Of a stretch of DNA of 64,000 nucleotides, positions 1 to 13,699 are shown in pieces. Position numbers and translations under genes: made by a program. The stretch's first letter is position 1, and each line of letters starts with the position of its first letter. This DNA comes from Octopus sinensis (lineage: Eukaryota). The DNA is taken from contig NC_043002.1 in NCBI RefSeq assembly GCF_006345805.1, positions 117,056,001 to 117,120,000 on the forward strand, in the 5' to 3' direction. The notes beneath the pieces are model-generated. The model worked only from the letters and a program-made list of their open reading frames with translations. It ran no database searches and was not told where the DNA came from.

Positions 1-1802
1 CATAATTTCTGTTATTTCTAACACTTTCATTATAATTTTCATTATAATCATAATCATCTCAAGATTCTTTTAATACATCGCAACCTTGTCGCAGTGATAA
101 CTTCTTAGAGTACCATAACACACCTAGGTACCTTCATCTATCCATTTCCACTGAAACTGTATAATATACCATAAAAAGTATTATGCTAAAATTTACTTAT
201 CATCTGTGACTTATGCATCTGATCGACAAACCACGTGCACTGGCATCAGCATGGAAAGAAACCCTGCCTGAAAAGTGACTTCTTCGATCTTATGATTATT
301 AAAATCAATAAATAAACAGAAATAAAATGTACTCGGATTTTATGCATCTTATATACACTAAGACAATAATTTGTGGCCACCATACATGATTGAAATCGTA
401 CATCAGTTAGTCTCCAATAAATTTATAATATGGTTTGTTTTTGTTAAATATATCTCTAAATTCATTCAATCAATTTATATGCATGCACAATAAAAATACA
501 GAGTGAAAATGCAACTCAGGTTTTAACAAATATTTTCAAAGAAAATTTAAAATACTGAAACACTGGTATATGCTGCCTCTTAGCACCTTAGAGGCAACAT
601 ACAAAATATGATTAGTTATATCAGCTAAGACAGCAATGTATTGCTCTTCGAAAGAAATATTAGCTGCCAATGAAAACCAACAGCATTTGAGGCTACAATT
701 AAATATGCAATATTGATAATTAATGCCTCAATTGAAAGCGAAAAACAAATCATTCTCACCAAGTTTAAAAAGAAAAATATCTTGCAGATTTAGGGTGGTT
801 ACAGCTGCCAGAGAGAGTTTGAAACGGTGATATCATAGACTACAGAGAGATGAATAGGAAGCAGAAATGCTTGATTTAGCGTAGGTCCAAAAAACAGACG
901 CTGAGAGAGAGAGTAATAACATCAAAAGTTAGAGAAATTGTAGCAGTCAAAATTTAACAAAAGAGCCGTTTTACAGAATCATATGTACATACGACTATAA
1001 CTAATGTAATATTTATACAAGGAATAACAGAAGCGGCTTTTAGACTTATGTGAATGAGTGAACGGTATAAACTGTTGGGTTTTGGAAACATTTAGTCATT
1101 GTAAAGACTGTGTTAAAAGTATCTGATATTCCTGATAATTAACATTTCATGCAAGGTATCACTTCAAGGAATTAAGTTACATACATACATACATACATAC
1201 ACACACACACATACATACATACATACATACATACATACATACATACATACATACATACATCCGTGGTTTCCAGGTTTTATTCATATAGCAAATAAATCTA
1301 CCGTATTTACGTCCAAATTTAATTATATTTATTTTCGATCTTCGAAACCTTTTGGGGTTCGCATTGCACTGGGCCATGGTACTGATCTCATTTGAAAATA
1401 CACCCTTTTTTACCAAGTATTATATAGTTCTGAAATTCCCTTGTTGACTAGAAGTACAATGTGGAAAGCAAATGAAGAGTATATACACACACATACATTC
1501 ACGCACTCATATACACACAGACACACATACATGTATATGTATGCATGTGTGTGTATATGCATGTATACATACAAACATATATACATATATATATATATAT
1601 AAGTCTGTATGGAAAGAGGTTGTGCTTTACTAGGTATAAATTTTATCCAAGCGTACGTCAGTTTAGCTCTGTATCGATTAACGATACTGCAAATTCTACA
1701 TGTTCATATGCACTAGTGTTTATCATTGGTTCTTCTTCGATATTAGTACCTTACACTTCTGAATTTCCAGTGGTCGGTATAGAGGAAATCTCCAATATAT
1801 AA

Positions 1803-1919
<117 letters not shown>

Positions 1920-1928
1920 TATATATAC

Positions 1929-1964
<36 letters not shown>

Positions 1965-2015
1965 GTGTATATTATATATATATATATATACATACACACA
2001 CACACACACACACAC

Positions 2016-2067
<52 letters not shown>

Positions 2068-2437
2068 TTAAGTTAGAATCAATGCCTGTCAGCGGCATTT
2101 CTGACTGAAGTTGAATAGAACAGAACCCTTCTACTCGTTGTTATAGAATTCGTGTGGATGGAGCTCCGACTGGCTGGCTTGAACTGGCATAGAGCCGTAG
2201 TGCGTATAATATTTCGAATGTAGTTAATACGTGCATTTCAGATTATTGTACAATAGATAAAAAGAGAATTTCACCTATTACGCAAAATCTTCCTCAGTTT
2301 AGATATATCAAAATATTTTAATATGTTTTGACGTATGAAGCTTTTACGTGAGATGAAATTTCTTCTTTTTCTTTTGCGCAATTATCTGACACGCAAGCAT
2401 TAAATGCATTCAAAATACCGTTACTTGGTTTGTCTTT

Positions 2438-2468
<31 letters not shown>

Positions 2469-2503
2469 AACGTTTGTAATGACTATTATTTTTAACTTGT
2501 TAT

Positions 2504-2574
<71 letters not shown>

Positions 2575-3913
2575 CAGACAAATATGTATGTATATGTGTA
2601 TGTGTGTATGAATGTGAATGTACGTATTCATGTATGTATGCATGTACGTATGTATGTATGTATATTTCAACTCTGAAAGTGATGATAAACCCTCCTAAGT
2701 GGCCATATGGAACGTCTTAAATCCTATCCTAACATGTAATCATTTGAATATCTCCTCTTATTCACAAGCGTACCAAGCAAAAGAAATGCCACACACTAAT
2801 CTATTGTCCGAAAACATTAAAAAATTTGCCCGCAACCTACAATATCATACATGCAGAAGAGAAAACACTAATGTTCCCAGCTAAAGACAGAATGCTGCGT
2901 GAAAGGAGGCCACACTCTGCGTCTACTTATTTTACTTTTAAGGATCATTGACAATTTCTATACAATACCAGACATAGATTTTTAAAAATATAGCAAACCA
3001 CAACTGGGGTTTAGAACGCAAATGTGTTATCATTTCGATTAACCTTAATCTAAAAACGCTCAAGTATTAGCACAACGAACTTATAACATGTTTTCGTATT
3101 ATTGATACAATATTATATAACGGACGTCTAACTTTTTATATTTAAATATCTTATTCTGAATTCAGGAAAACTTTTCTTTCCAAATTATAACATTAGGATA
3201 CCACACATATATCAAAAGTTCATGGTGGAATGTAAATGAAAACGCTCCATTCTTCGATTTCTCCATGTTATTTTAATTTAAAAACCTTAACAAACGAACT
3301 AGCAATAGTACCTCCCTTAGTTGATGCTACGTTGGTGTTTTCGGTTTCTTCAACCAGAAATGACTATTGCATGGCTACGTTTAGATGAAATTAAAAAGGC
3401 AGTCTTAGGAACAAAACTAGGTTATAATAATTAACACCGATCAAAGAAAATTTAAGCGTTCAAATACAGCCAACATACTCCTATAAAGAAATCCAAATTT
3501 CTGTCAACATTAAGAATTCTTTTCAATAGCACAAAGAGGACAAAACGAAATCGACCTTATGACATGGATCATACCAAGAAGTGGTTGTAATGAGAAAATC
3601 GAGCAAAAGAACATCATACACACACTAACTGAACCACAACTTGGTGTACACACACATGCACACACATATATATTGTATAACTGCACTTTACAATCGTTAT
3701 TAAATGTTTTGCCTTTGGATTCTTTAGACCATTACAAACGTCATAGATTTACAGTTTAATATTCTTAGAAACAATTAAAAGCTGTCCGTTGATCATATTA
3801 GCTTATAGAATTAGACATAATCGACGGATAATTGTTTTTAAAGATTACGGTTATTTAGAGATCAACCTGAATTCGATTAAAATAAATTGTGTATATTTTA
3901 TATTATCATACCT

Positions 3914-4363
3914 TTTCTTTTATCTTTTATCTTTAACTTGTTTCGATCATTTGACTGCGACCATGGTGGGGCATCACCTTGAAAAGTTTTCGCCGAACAA
4001 ATCTACTCCTGGACTTATTCTTTAACCCTAGTAGTTATTCTATCGTATCTTTTGCTGAACCGCTAAGTTACATGGACGTAAACACACCGACACTGGTTGT
4101 CAAGTTGTGGTGGTGGACAAAAACAGATACAAAGAAACACACACACATGTATGTATGTATATATATATACATGTATGTATGTGTGTATGTATGTATATAT
4201 ACGACGGGTTCCTTTCAGTTCCGTCTATCAAATCCACTCACAAGGTTTCCGTCGGTCCGGGACTATATTAGAAAACATTTATCCAAGGTGCCACGTAGGG
4301 GGTCTGAATCCTGAACCATGTGGTTGGGAAGCAAGCTTCTTACCATTCAGCCAAACATGCGCC
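3914..4363 (-). mobile_element. tRNA-derived SINE (family B: head + central AT/GT microsatellite + tail), near full length
   Basis: Reverse complement begins ggcgcatgtttggctgaatggtaagaagcttgcttcccaaccacatggttcaggattc (A/B-box-like). Homologous pieces recur at ~6790-7085, 35720-35893, 56165-56325 and 62730-63030. Confidence 0.85.
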
Positions 4364-5631
4364 TATTGTGTCTATTAACAATTGTAGTGAGCATAAATAA
4401 TACAAATTTAGAACAAATTATTCACAACCTCGGTGTCGATACTGCAAAACACGGATAAGTTATGCCATGCCATTTTTTCTTATTAGACTTGTTGAAGAGT
4501 TGGTTGAAGATTTCATGAAATGAACCGGAGTTGTGCTATCAATATGTGATTTTTTTCTAATTTACGTTAATCGAATATTTTTTATCCTCACACAGATTGA
4601 TTTTTTGTCTTCACATAACCAAAACATATATTTCTACGTTGTTTATATGCTTTTAAAAATGTAAGCTATATCTGAACTTATAAGTTTTTTTAAAAAACTT
4701 ACAATATCATAATAGTACATAGAACCTAAGTTTAATTTCACTCTCATTCTTGTATTTAGCACTCCATTCTTCAGTATTCATATACACATACACATATAAT
4801 CGCATATATGCATACATACTTACACACACACATATACATACATACATATACACACAGATACATATATATATTTATGTATATGTATATGTATATTCGTATA
4901 TATTTGTATACATGCATGTATGTATATATGTGTGTATTCAAACCAGAGATTATGTTGAACAAATGAGAAGAGTACTTAATTTATTCAGTAGCGTGTGTTT
5001 AGTTTATTGATATGTAATGGTCATCTTACGCCAAGAATGTCCTGCCACCATGATTTTCAGGCTAGAACTGTTATTAGTTCCCTTTGGTTGTATATTTGTA
5101 TCCGACGGTTTGAATGTGTTCTCTCACTTGATCTGGTATTTGATATTCAGTTTAGATTGCGGACAAAAGGATTGGAGAGGAATACATTTTGATGTCGGTA
5201 GCGTGATATAGTTTCATTCATCTTTATTAATTAGAATCTTTTTGTGAAGTTTTTTTTTCATTTGGGCAGCATGGGAAAACAGTTTCTGGAACCACTTGGG
5301 TGTATTGTTCTATCTTTTATTCCGTGTTTAATATTTGCGGCAATAGTGTTTTCATTTCACTCCAATTCAGTAAGCCGTACCAAAATTCTCAGTTTATAAA
5401 AACTCCTTCATTCTTTATCATAACAAAATTCAAATGTGTTAGCAGGAGCCACTCAACCATGAAGTACCACTTACTGCTAAAATTAACCATTATATAAATA
5501 TTCTATTAATTAGCATAACTGATATATCTAACAAGGCCAACAGTCGTTTATATTTCCTACCACTGACCAAAGCAATGTTCTCACTAACAAAACCATTCTA
5601 CCATGATATCAACATCCAGCAGCATAATACG

Positions 5632-5670
<39 letters not shown>

Positions 5671-5684
5671 ACATACATACATGC

Positions 5685-5764
<80 letters not shown>

Positions 5765-6789
5765 CACACACGCAGAAATACACATACACACACGCAGAAA
5801 TACACATACACGTATATGGGCAACCGTATATAAGCAAACTTGACCAAAGAAGCAGACAATAAGTCATAATTAAATTAATGGATAAATCTACTTAACACAC
5901 ATGCCAATCAGGATAAAACAATAAAACGAATTAATAACACGACCCCGTCAGCAAAATAAGAATGATAAGATGAAAAATAACAGCCAATCAGCAAACGCAA
6001 AAGCCAACCAATATTGCTCAGACAGAAGCGATATCTCTTGCTTCTGACTGAGCAGCCGAATGTGAATGTACCAAGTTAACACTTCTTCCCAGACTAGCGT
6101 GCTGACGGGCGACTCGTAGCGCGAGATTGAAAAAATAAGCAGTTTCAGTAAACTACATATACATATAATGCATACAAATACACAAGCACACATATATCGT
6201 GCTACTCTTTTGTATATACATTCACATATATACATATGTATGTATGTATGCAAGTATATATATCTTAAACCTATATCGGTATTGTATATTTCTCTTTTTC
6301 TTGTCTCTCTCTTAATCCTTTTACTTCTTTCTTACAAGGTAACACTTCATACGCTAAATTTCTTTCTGTTTCTTCCGCCGGCTTATTTATCTTCATTATA
6401 TAGTCCTTTCTACGCCTTTTTCTCTTTTATTTTCTTTGACACCTGCTAATGCTTTGGTATTGTTTGTTTATTAGTAACGATCTGTTGTACATATACAGTG
6501 AAAGAGAGAGAAAGAGAGAAAGAGAGAGAGAGAGAGCGGGGGGGTCATTAATCAAATATTTTTGTATCCGTTCTAGCGATTACAATGACACCTGTTAATA
6601 GTTCTTCGAGCTTATTGTGGACCAAAATAAGTTATTAAGGTTTACTGATATTCTAAATTGAGCCTAAATATGATTATAATGACTAAATGAATATTATCGT
6701 ATTGTGCGTAAGGAATTTACAAATAATCAACCAGAAATAAACCTTGGCATGGCAAATCTATCTGGATGAAGTTTATACTTCTTGTATCT

Positions 6790-7085
6790 TTTTCTCTGTT
6801 TCAGTGATTATCCTGCAGCCATCCAAAGGCACTACTTTGAAGATTATTTAAGTCAAATTTATCGACCCCAGTCCTTTTTAAAGCTTGGTACATATTCTAT
6901 CGAGGATGTAAGCACACTAACACCGGTTGTCAAGTGGTGGTGGGACGCATTCACACACATATATATATATACATGTATAGGACGGACTTCCTTCTGGTTG
7001 GCCCACGGCGTGGTAAAAGTCACTTTCTCATAGTGTCACGATGTGGTTGGGAAGCAAGCTTCTAACCACACAACCACACCTGCAC
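6790..7085 (-). mobile_element. SINE family B, degraded, internally deleted copy
   Basis: Shares gttgtcaagtggtggtgg and gtggttgggaagcaagcttct with the 3914-4363 copy. Confidence 0.7.
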
Positions 7086-8227
7086 CCTGTACATATATAC
7101 ATTAATTAGTTAATGAATTTGTAAAATTACTTCAGTCAAACAGTGAATCATTGTATTCTGGAAGTAATAAGTCTAACGTTTCCAGCAGAATTATTGATCG
7201 GAGGGGAAAATAATTGTTCATTCATTTCAATTAAAGATTGTGTTAGAAAAACAGAATGGGCGCTAAAGAAGCGGGGGGGACGGGGGGTATACGTGGGGAA
7301 GAGAGAGAAGAATATGTAAGAAATCTTACTAGATTTTTTAAACTTTGGAGAAATTGAAAGAGGAAGCGATTGGGTGCTCGCAAATTGTATAAAATTACAA
7401 ATCTATACAAATATATTGTATACGTATTTTTTGTGTGCTTTCGTGGTTAAGTGAGTACATAATCGACAAAATCTTCTAGGGCTGTCAAAATCTAAAAGCA
7501 AGTTAAAATAACTCCAACAAAATCAATCTATCGAAATTTTCAGGACAATTTTGAACAGAAAACCGGGATGGTGAGATGTGTCGGTCTCGTTAAATCTAAC
7601 GTCGCAGTGAATTACATTCTACACAACTGAAAAAAACTTGTGAGAACAGAGAGTTGTTAGATTATGACTGATATCCAAAAAGTAGCTTCAACAGTAACGT
7701 TTAAGTTCCTGGTAACATTACAACGTTCTTTCCGAAATTTTATAGTAAATGTTCCGCTTTATTCGTAAATTACTATTCTTGTAGCAATCTGGCATAACAT
7801 AAGGAAATTAGGAATGTAAACAGATTAGATTTATACACTCCAATAATGTCGTTCATTTCACCCTAGTCCTTCGAACGCATGCTCATATGGAAATGGGCGT
7901 TCGTGAGTTTTCTTTATGTACATGGCATTATCATAAAATAGAACGGAATATTACTCTAGCATGTAGAGTAATATTCTCATTCAGCTGCAGTAATTGGTGA
8001 GACTGATTTTGTAAAATTGCGTACAACCATCAAAAAAGCGTTCGGAAATTGAGGAAATCGAGCAACTATACACTTTTTATAGATAGAGGGAGGTCGTATT
8101 TCTCTTTAATTCAGCTTATATGGCGGCAATGTTTAAGGTGCGTATTTTTATTACTACTACAATTACAACCAATAATAATAATAATAAATGCTCTGATGCA
8201 ATACCAGACAGTGAATCTCATGGCTTC

Positions 8228-8705
8228 TGATCTTAACTGATTGGAAGTATTATCAAGTACATTGTTTTGTGTTGGTATAAAAGATGGGCTACATCAAATA
8301 TTCTGCTCAACACCACAGATTTGCTTGTCAGTTGTTTGCCCTTAACCAATTGAGCATGTCCCTTAGTGCTTGACGATATGTGCTTCTCTGATCACGAGCA
8401 GAAGTAGCGGGGGAGCATCATAGCCATGTGTTGAGAGGGATTCTTTGGGGTTTGGATAATTTGGGGTTTGGAAATGTGGGTGTTTCGTTCAACATCCTCA
8501 AACAACTCTTATTCAGGGAACTTTTGATCGGGATGGTCTACACGACCTGAAGAAAATTCTAACTGGGTCCCACCTGCAAGGTCATGCACTGTTAATTTTG
8601 ATATGAGATCACTATGTCGCGTACACACTGATGTGACGCATGTGTCTGGTGTACCCTTGATGGGTATACGGAACTTCGTATATTTTTCTCGTGTCACTTA
8701 GATGG
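8228..8705. repeat. Probable interspersed repeat (family recalled from octopus sequence, class uncertain)
   Basis: GC-richer block in AT-rich context with an internal tttggggtttgga duplication. Recognition is from memory only. Confidence 0.4.
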
Positions 8706-8725
8706 CATGCACTGCTCTCTCACTC

Positions 8726-8744
8726 AATAATAATAACAATAATA

Positions 8745-8775
<31 letters not shown>

Positions 8776-8879
8776 TTGTTATTGTAATGATAATTATGTA
8801 GTTATGATAATGTCTATGGTAACAACAAAACAACAATCACAACAGCAACATCATCATCAACACCAACAACAACAACAGC

Positions 8880-8913
<34 letters not shown>

Positions 8914-8921
8914 TAATAATA

Positions 8922-8980
<59 letters not shown>

Positions 8981-8981
8981 A

Positions 8982-9039
<58 letters not shown>

Positions 9040-9055
9040 TAATAATAATAATAAT
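8726..9055. repeat. Compound trinucleotide microsatellite (AAT)n/(CAA,CAG,CAT)n/(GAT)n
   Basis: Directly visible. Confidence 0.95.
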
Positions 9056-9059
9056 GAGA

Positions 9060-10486
9060 TATGGTTGACACATGCATCACAAACGAAATAAATAACGAAA
9101 CCCGGCAATCTCAAATTCTAGGACTGAACAATAATGGCCTAAAAATACTAAATCAGAACCGTGCAAACAATACTGTAAATAAAAGGGAATATCAAGTAGA
9201 TCTAAAGATAAATTTTGAACGTGGAAATCATGGTCAATATAGTCTAAATCAAGAATTGAAATCAATAAGATCGTCTTGTGGACCACTGAATGCACTCCAC
9301 CTCAAAACCCGAAAAAATAAGATAACAAGGACAATAAAAAAAACACAGATTTGCCTATCACAGACTTAATTGCAGCAAATTCAAACATCAACATTAACAA
9401 GTAAAATACAATGACACATGCAGAAGCATTATTAATCATAAAGTAAAGTTAGTACTCCATGAAACCCACATAAATAGGATACCAAAATCCAAGAAAATAT
9501 CATAGAAAACAAATATTCAGAAAAAGATAGAGAAAAAGAGAAAAAATCTGTCAATCCTCAGTGATATCGGTAACAAAACAAAACTACGAAACAAGAGGAA
9601 AGAAAGAAAAATGCTAAAGAAATGTAAAACAACAAATAAGTTATACCTGAAATAAAAGAAAACCTAAAACAGAAGATCCTCGCTAAATCACAAAGAACCT
9701 GTCGGCGTGTAAAGCGCCAAAGATTTTTTGAATAAAGCGTACAATGGAACTTCAGACCAAAAATGAATCTACCAATACCTTGGTAAAAGTATAATAGAAG
9801 TCAATGTAACACGAACAGCAAAAGAAACAGAATTTTGGAAAGGAAGCACCAGGAAAGGACTGGATAAAGCAACAAACCCAGCACTTGAACAACTCAGAAT
9901 ACTCATAACCAAAGGGAGAGTAAACCCAAGTACTGCAAATATCAAACAAGTTTAATGTGATGCTGATGGAACTAACGGAAACACGTGAGTACTCACAGAA
10001 AAGAAAACCGTCTTAATCCCCAAATCCAGGTAAACATTGAACCCACAAACCTAGAGGCCCACATGTCTCCCTACAAGTTACACAACCTGAAGTGAAATAG
10101 TAGAAATAATATTGCAGGGAATAAGCAAGCTTCTGGAAGTAAAAACGTGTTTCCAGAAAAAAAAGAAAAGCTGAAGGGATGCTGCTGAGTGTCATATTTG
10201 TAAAAACCAGTTTCTGATCAACAAGATCAAATGGGGAAAAGACTAGCGAAGGAAAATGAATGATCTAAGCATGGCATGGATTAACTAATAGATGGGTTTT
10301 GACAGTATTTGCCATTCCGTGGATCCTAGAAACAGATACTGGTCTTCAGTAAGATAGCACCAGCAATAAAATAATACATAAAACATGCCATGAGTCAATA
10401 GCAAACAGTTCTGCAGACAAAAGAGGGAATTATAAAAACTAAACCTTTCACCATTTGAAGATTATTCCAAAAGAAATACCCCCCTC

Positions 10487-10523
<37 letters not shown>

Positions 10524-10858
10524 TCTCCTTTTGTGTCTGGCATCGACTTCTTTGATTGACATGCTAACCGTACTGTATTTGGATACAATTGCTATGGTAA
10601 ACCAATCAACCATCTCTTTATATAGATGATCTCTAGTTGTATGCTGCAAATGATAAACAACTGGAAACATTACTACAGACGGTTCACGGATTTACCAAAG
10701 AAATCAATATGAGATTCAGCTTAGAAAAATGTGCCAAATCAACCCTGAGAAGAAAACTAATTAAGAATAACAATATCATATTTGATAAAGAAACTGAAAT
10801 AAGAGAATTAGACCAAACTCAGGTATACAAACACTTAGGAATCAATGTATTAGTCTAA
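9060..10858 (+). mobile_element. Decayed RLE-type non-LTR retrotransposon (R4/Dong/NeSL-like) with RT remnants
   Basis: Broken translations TVLIPKS..RPTCLPT, CKNQFLINKI, DLSMAWI, INHL..DDL*LYAANDKQLETLLQTVHGFTKEINMRFSLEKCAK..VYKHLGI. Many stops and frameshifts; (CT)n at ~10484-10523. Confidence 0.85.
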
Positions 10859-10947
10859 GTGTTCTTTTCCGATACTTGTCCCCAATTAAGGAATTATTAT
10901 TACTGTTGTTGTTGTTGTTATTTTTATTATTATTATTATTATTATTA

Positions 10948-10978
<31 letters not shown>

Positions 10979-11163
10979 GGGGTGACGAACTGGGAGAATC
11001 ATTAGAACGTCGGACAAGATGCGGTAGTTTGTCCGTCTTTACGTTCTGAGTTCTGAACTCTGCTGAGGTCGAGTTTGCTTTTCATCCGTTCGTGAGCACT
11101 GGTACTTATTCTCTCGACTTACCCCTCCTCCAAAATCGCTGGCCTTGTGCCAAAATTGAAACC
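10979..11163 (+). mobile_element. tRNA-derived SINE (family A), degraded
   Basis: ttacgttctgagtt...gctgaggtcgagtttgcttttcatcc...ggccttgtgccaaaattgaaacc matches the 44064-44296 and 52295-52960 copies; preceded by (ATT)n. Confidence 0.75.
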
Positions 11164-11529
11164 ATTATTACTATTGTTGTCGTTGTAGTTGTTGTTCCTC
11201 TTATTTTTTTATCTTGTACTTTCGCATTTATGTGTGCCTTTGATATATGCAGTGTTTCGGATTTGTTATTTCTACTGTATTGAAAGTGCTTCACGTAATA
11301 TTATCGCAGTGGCTGATAGTGCTATTTTCTGTACTTAATGCATATTTGTAAACCCTAGGCTTTTGTTGAATATTTACATATATTTTGATCTTTCCCAAAG
11401 CATATATCATTATATGAATTACTTCCGTTTTCATTCGAGCTGTCTATTTATCCGAATCGTTATACTTAAATAATTAGTTAATCTCTTTTAGAGATACATT
11501 ATCAACTATCGGGACTGATATATTTAGGT

Positions 11530-13640
11530 ATTTCTTTTCTTCGAGGTCCATGACAACAATATCTAGTTGGTTTTCCTTGATACTGACATATCCCAGTGTA
11601 TGGTTGTTCTGCCCCTCTCGGAAACCTCCTTGGTGTATGCTTATGCCAACTCATTCCTATGAGTATTTCATGGTGGTAGAATAAATCCCAGTGTTTGTAA
11701 GCAGCAACTCCGTCATGTGTTTCGATGTATTCTTTCTTGGCTAAGTATCTGCATCCAGAGACAATGTCCTCAATTGTTTCTTCCCGTCTTTATATATTCT
11801 GAAGTTACAGTATTCTGCTTGAATATATACCGCACTCTCTAATACGGATTCTACTCTTTTCAATATGTGTTTGAATATTTTGTCTATTTCCACTGAGTTG
11901 TCTTTTCCAGTAGAAGTTTTCCTTCCCGTTCATTTTCATGGTATTCTGTAGTGCAATATTTGGCTTGGACCTTAACTGTTTCACGGTTTTTGTTCTTTCC
12001 CTATAGCTATCTGTAATTGCAGCCTCTGCTTTGTGCTTCTCCGATTCCTTGAATACACAAAAAGCAAAAATATTTTTTAGTTTTATTCATGTTTAATAAC
12101 TGTTTGTAATAATATTTTTGTCGTCATACAGTGGATATTTTGTCATTATTTTCTAACTGTATAAAGCCCTCAACGTCTTGTAGTTCTGATAAATATAGTC
12201 TTCCAAAGTCAGAATTTTGTGGTTGGAGATTATTCTAAATGTAGTCTGAAGTCATTATCTTGTTTTAGTTAGCATATAATCCAGATATTAAAATTGTAAC
12301 TTATTGTCAGAGCAGCTACAGTATTCATGCTTATTTCCTTATATTTTACATTTAGCTGTTTTTATTAATAATCAGAGGCGTCTATAATTTTCCCACTTAA
12401 TCTTTTCTTTCATTTGAGTGTGTTGTGCAGTCTGTTCCATTGATTTTTTCCTGTCTGTGATTGGTCCAATTCTCATATCTCAGTTTCTTTATCTAGTATG
12501 ATATTAATATTCTTAATTAATTTTCCTCTCTTCAAGGTCGATTTAGCGCTTTTTTTCTAAACCGAATCTCTTATTTATTTCTTTGGTAAATCCGTGCATT
12601 ACATACAGAAATACTTTTAGTCTTTCAGTATTTGCAATACACAGTTTGCCGATATTCATATACAAGACATGGCCAATTGTCTTACCATATCATTAGTATT
12701 CACGTCCAGTTCTGTTTAGCATGCTCGTCAAAGGCGTCGACGCCCGTAAGAAAGGTAGCAAAAGAGAAAGTTCCTTTGAATAATTTTCTTTTAATGAGAA
12801 TGGGTTTACTTTTTACAATTCTCTTTTTTATCTGTAACAGCAAAACTGTTTGCCATTTGCTAATGAAAAGTTTAGTGTATTTCTTGTTATTGTTCTGTTA
12901 TGTTACCTATCATTATTGTTTCAAGGATCTATTTGCGGAGAATACTTTCGAAAATCGTCCTGTAGTCAATACATGCTATTCTCAGGTCATTCTATTTCCT
13001 GCAGCAGACTTCGATTATCGCTTTACTGTTTCCTTCCAGATTTTGTTCGATTTATACGATATTATCCAAGTTACAGTTTTATAGGTTAAAGAAAGACATT
13101 TGTGCTTTCTGTAGAGTCGAGAAGATTGTTTTTTCCTTCAGTGAATCAGTCAGATGTTGTCACTAGTTTTGTCGGCATCTCATTAAATTTCTCCGCTAAC
13201 ACCTCATTCTAAATATTTTAGCGAAATTTTGGGTGTCATGTCATGCCCGGATACTTTCCACTTCTTTTATCTTTTTATGCATCTGGGCCACTTGTTTTGT
13301 TTATAAGTACGCCCACATTCATTCCAAAGTTATGTTCATTATTTGATGAGTCTTTTTCTCAGTGATTCTTTCACAGCCAAAACTGTCCGGTATTTTTTTT
13401 TTTTTTACTTTTCTTACTGTTGGCGCTGCATTGTCTTCTGTTTTATTTTTTACCAAGTTCTTGATAGAATCGTTTTGAGGTGGAGTCGAGCTGTTTGCTT
13501 TCTTCAAAGAAACACTGGCGTTTAATTATTGGTGTTGTTGTTAATTAGCAAAATCGCCGGAGCATCGGGGAAACTGCCTTGCGATATTTGCTCTGGCTCT
13601 TTACATAATGAATTGAAAATTCCAAGTGAAAGTTTATTTT
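11530..13640 (-). mobile_element. Decayed RLE-type non-LTR retrotransposon (RT, zinc-knuckle region, RLE region)
   Basis: Reverse translations PLTSMLNRTG..YGKTIGHVLYM and EETIEDIVSGCRYLAKKEYIETHDGVAAYKHW, followed by a ..LDIVV-like motif. Same family as 9060-10858. Confidence 0.85.
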
Positions 13641-13699
13641 TTTCACATCAAAATAGAGTTTTCAAAGTGACCTTCATTACCGGCCGGTCAGCAACAGGG

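Noticed and set aside
8702-9114. Poly-N/Q/H/I/L ORFs
   Set aside because: Translations of trinucleotide microsatellites; no flanking domain or splice support.
9558-9646. Strong acceptor followed by phase-1 G-ITYLLFYISLAFF, resembling the start of an M2 exon
   Set aside because: It is antisense of an A-rich retrotransposon, hits a stop after ~29 codons, and lacks the M2-M3 linker (VPLIG-like) and a donor.
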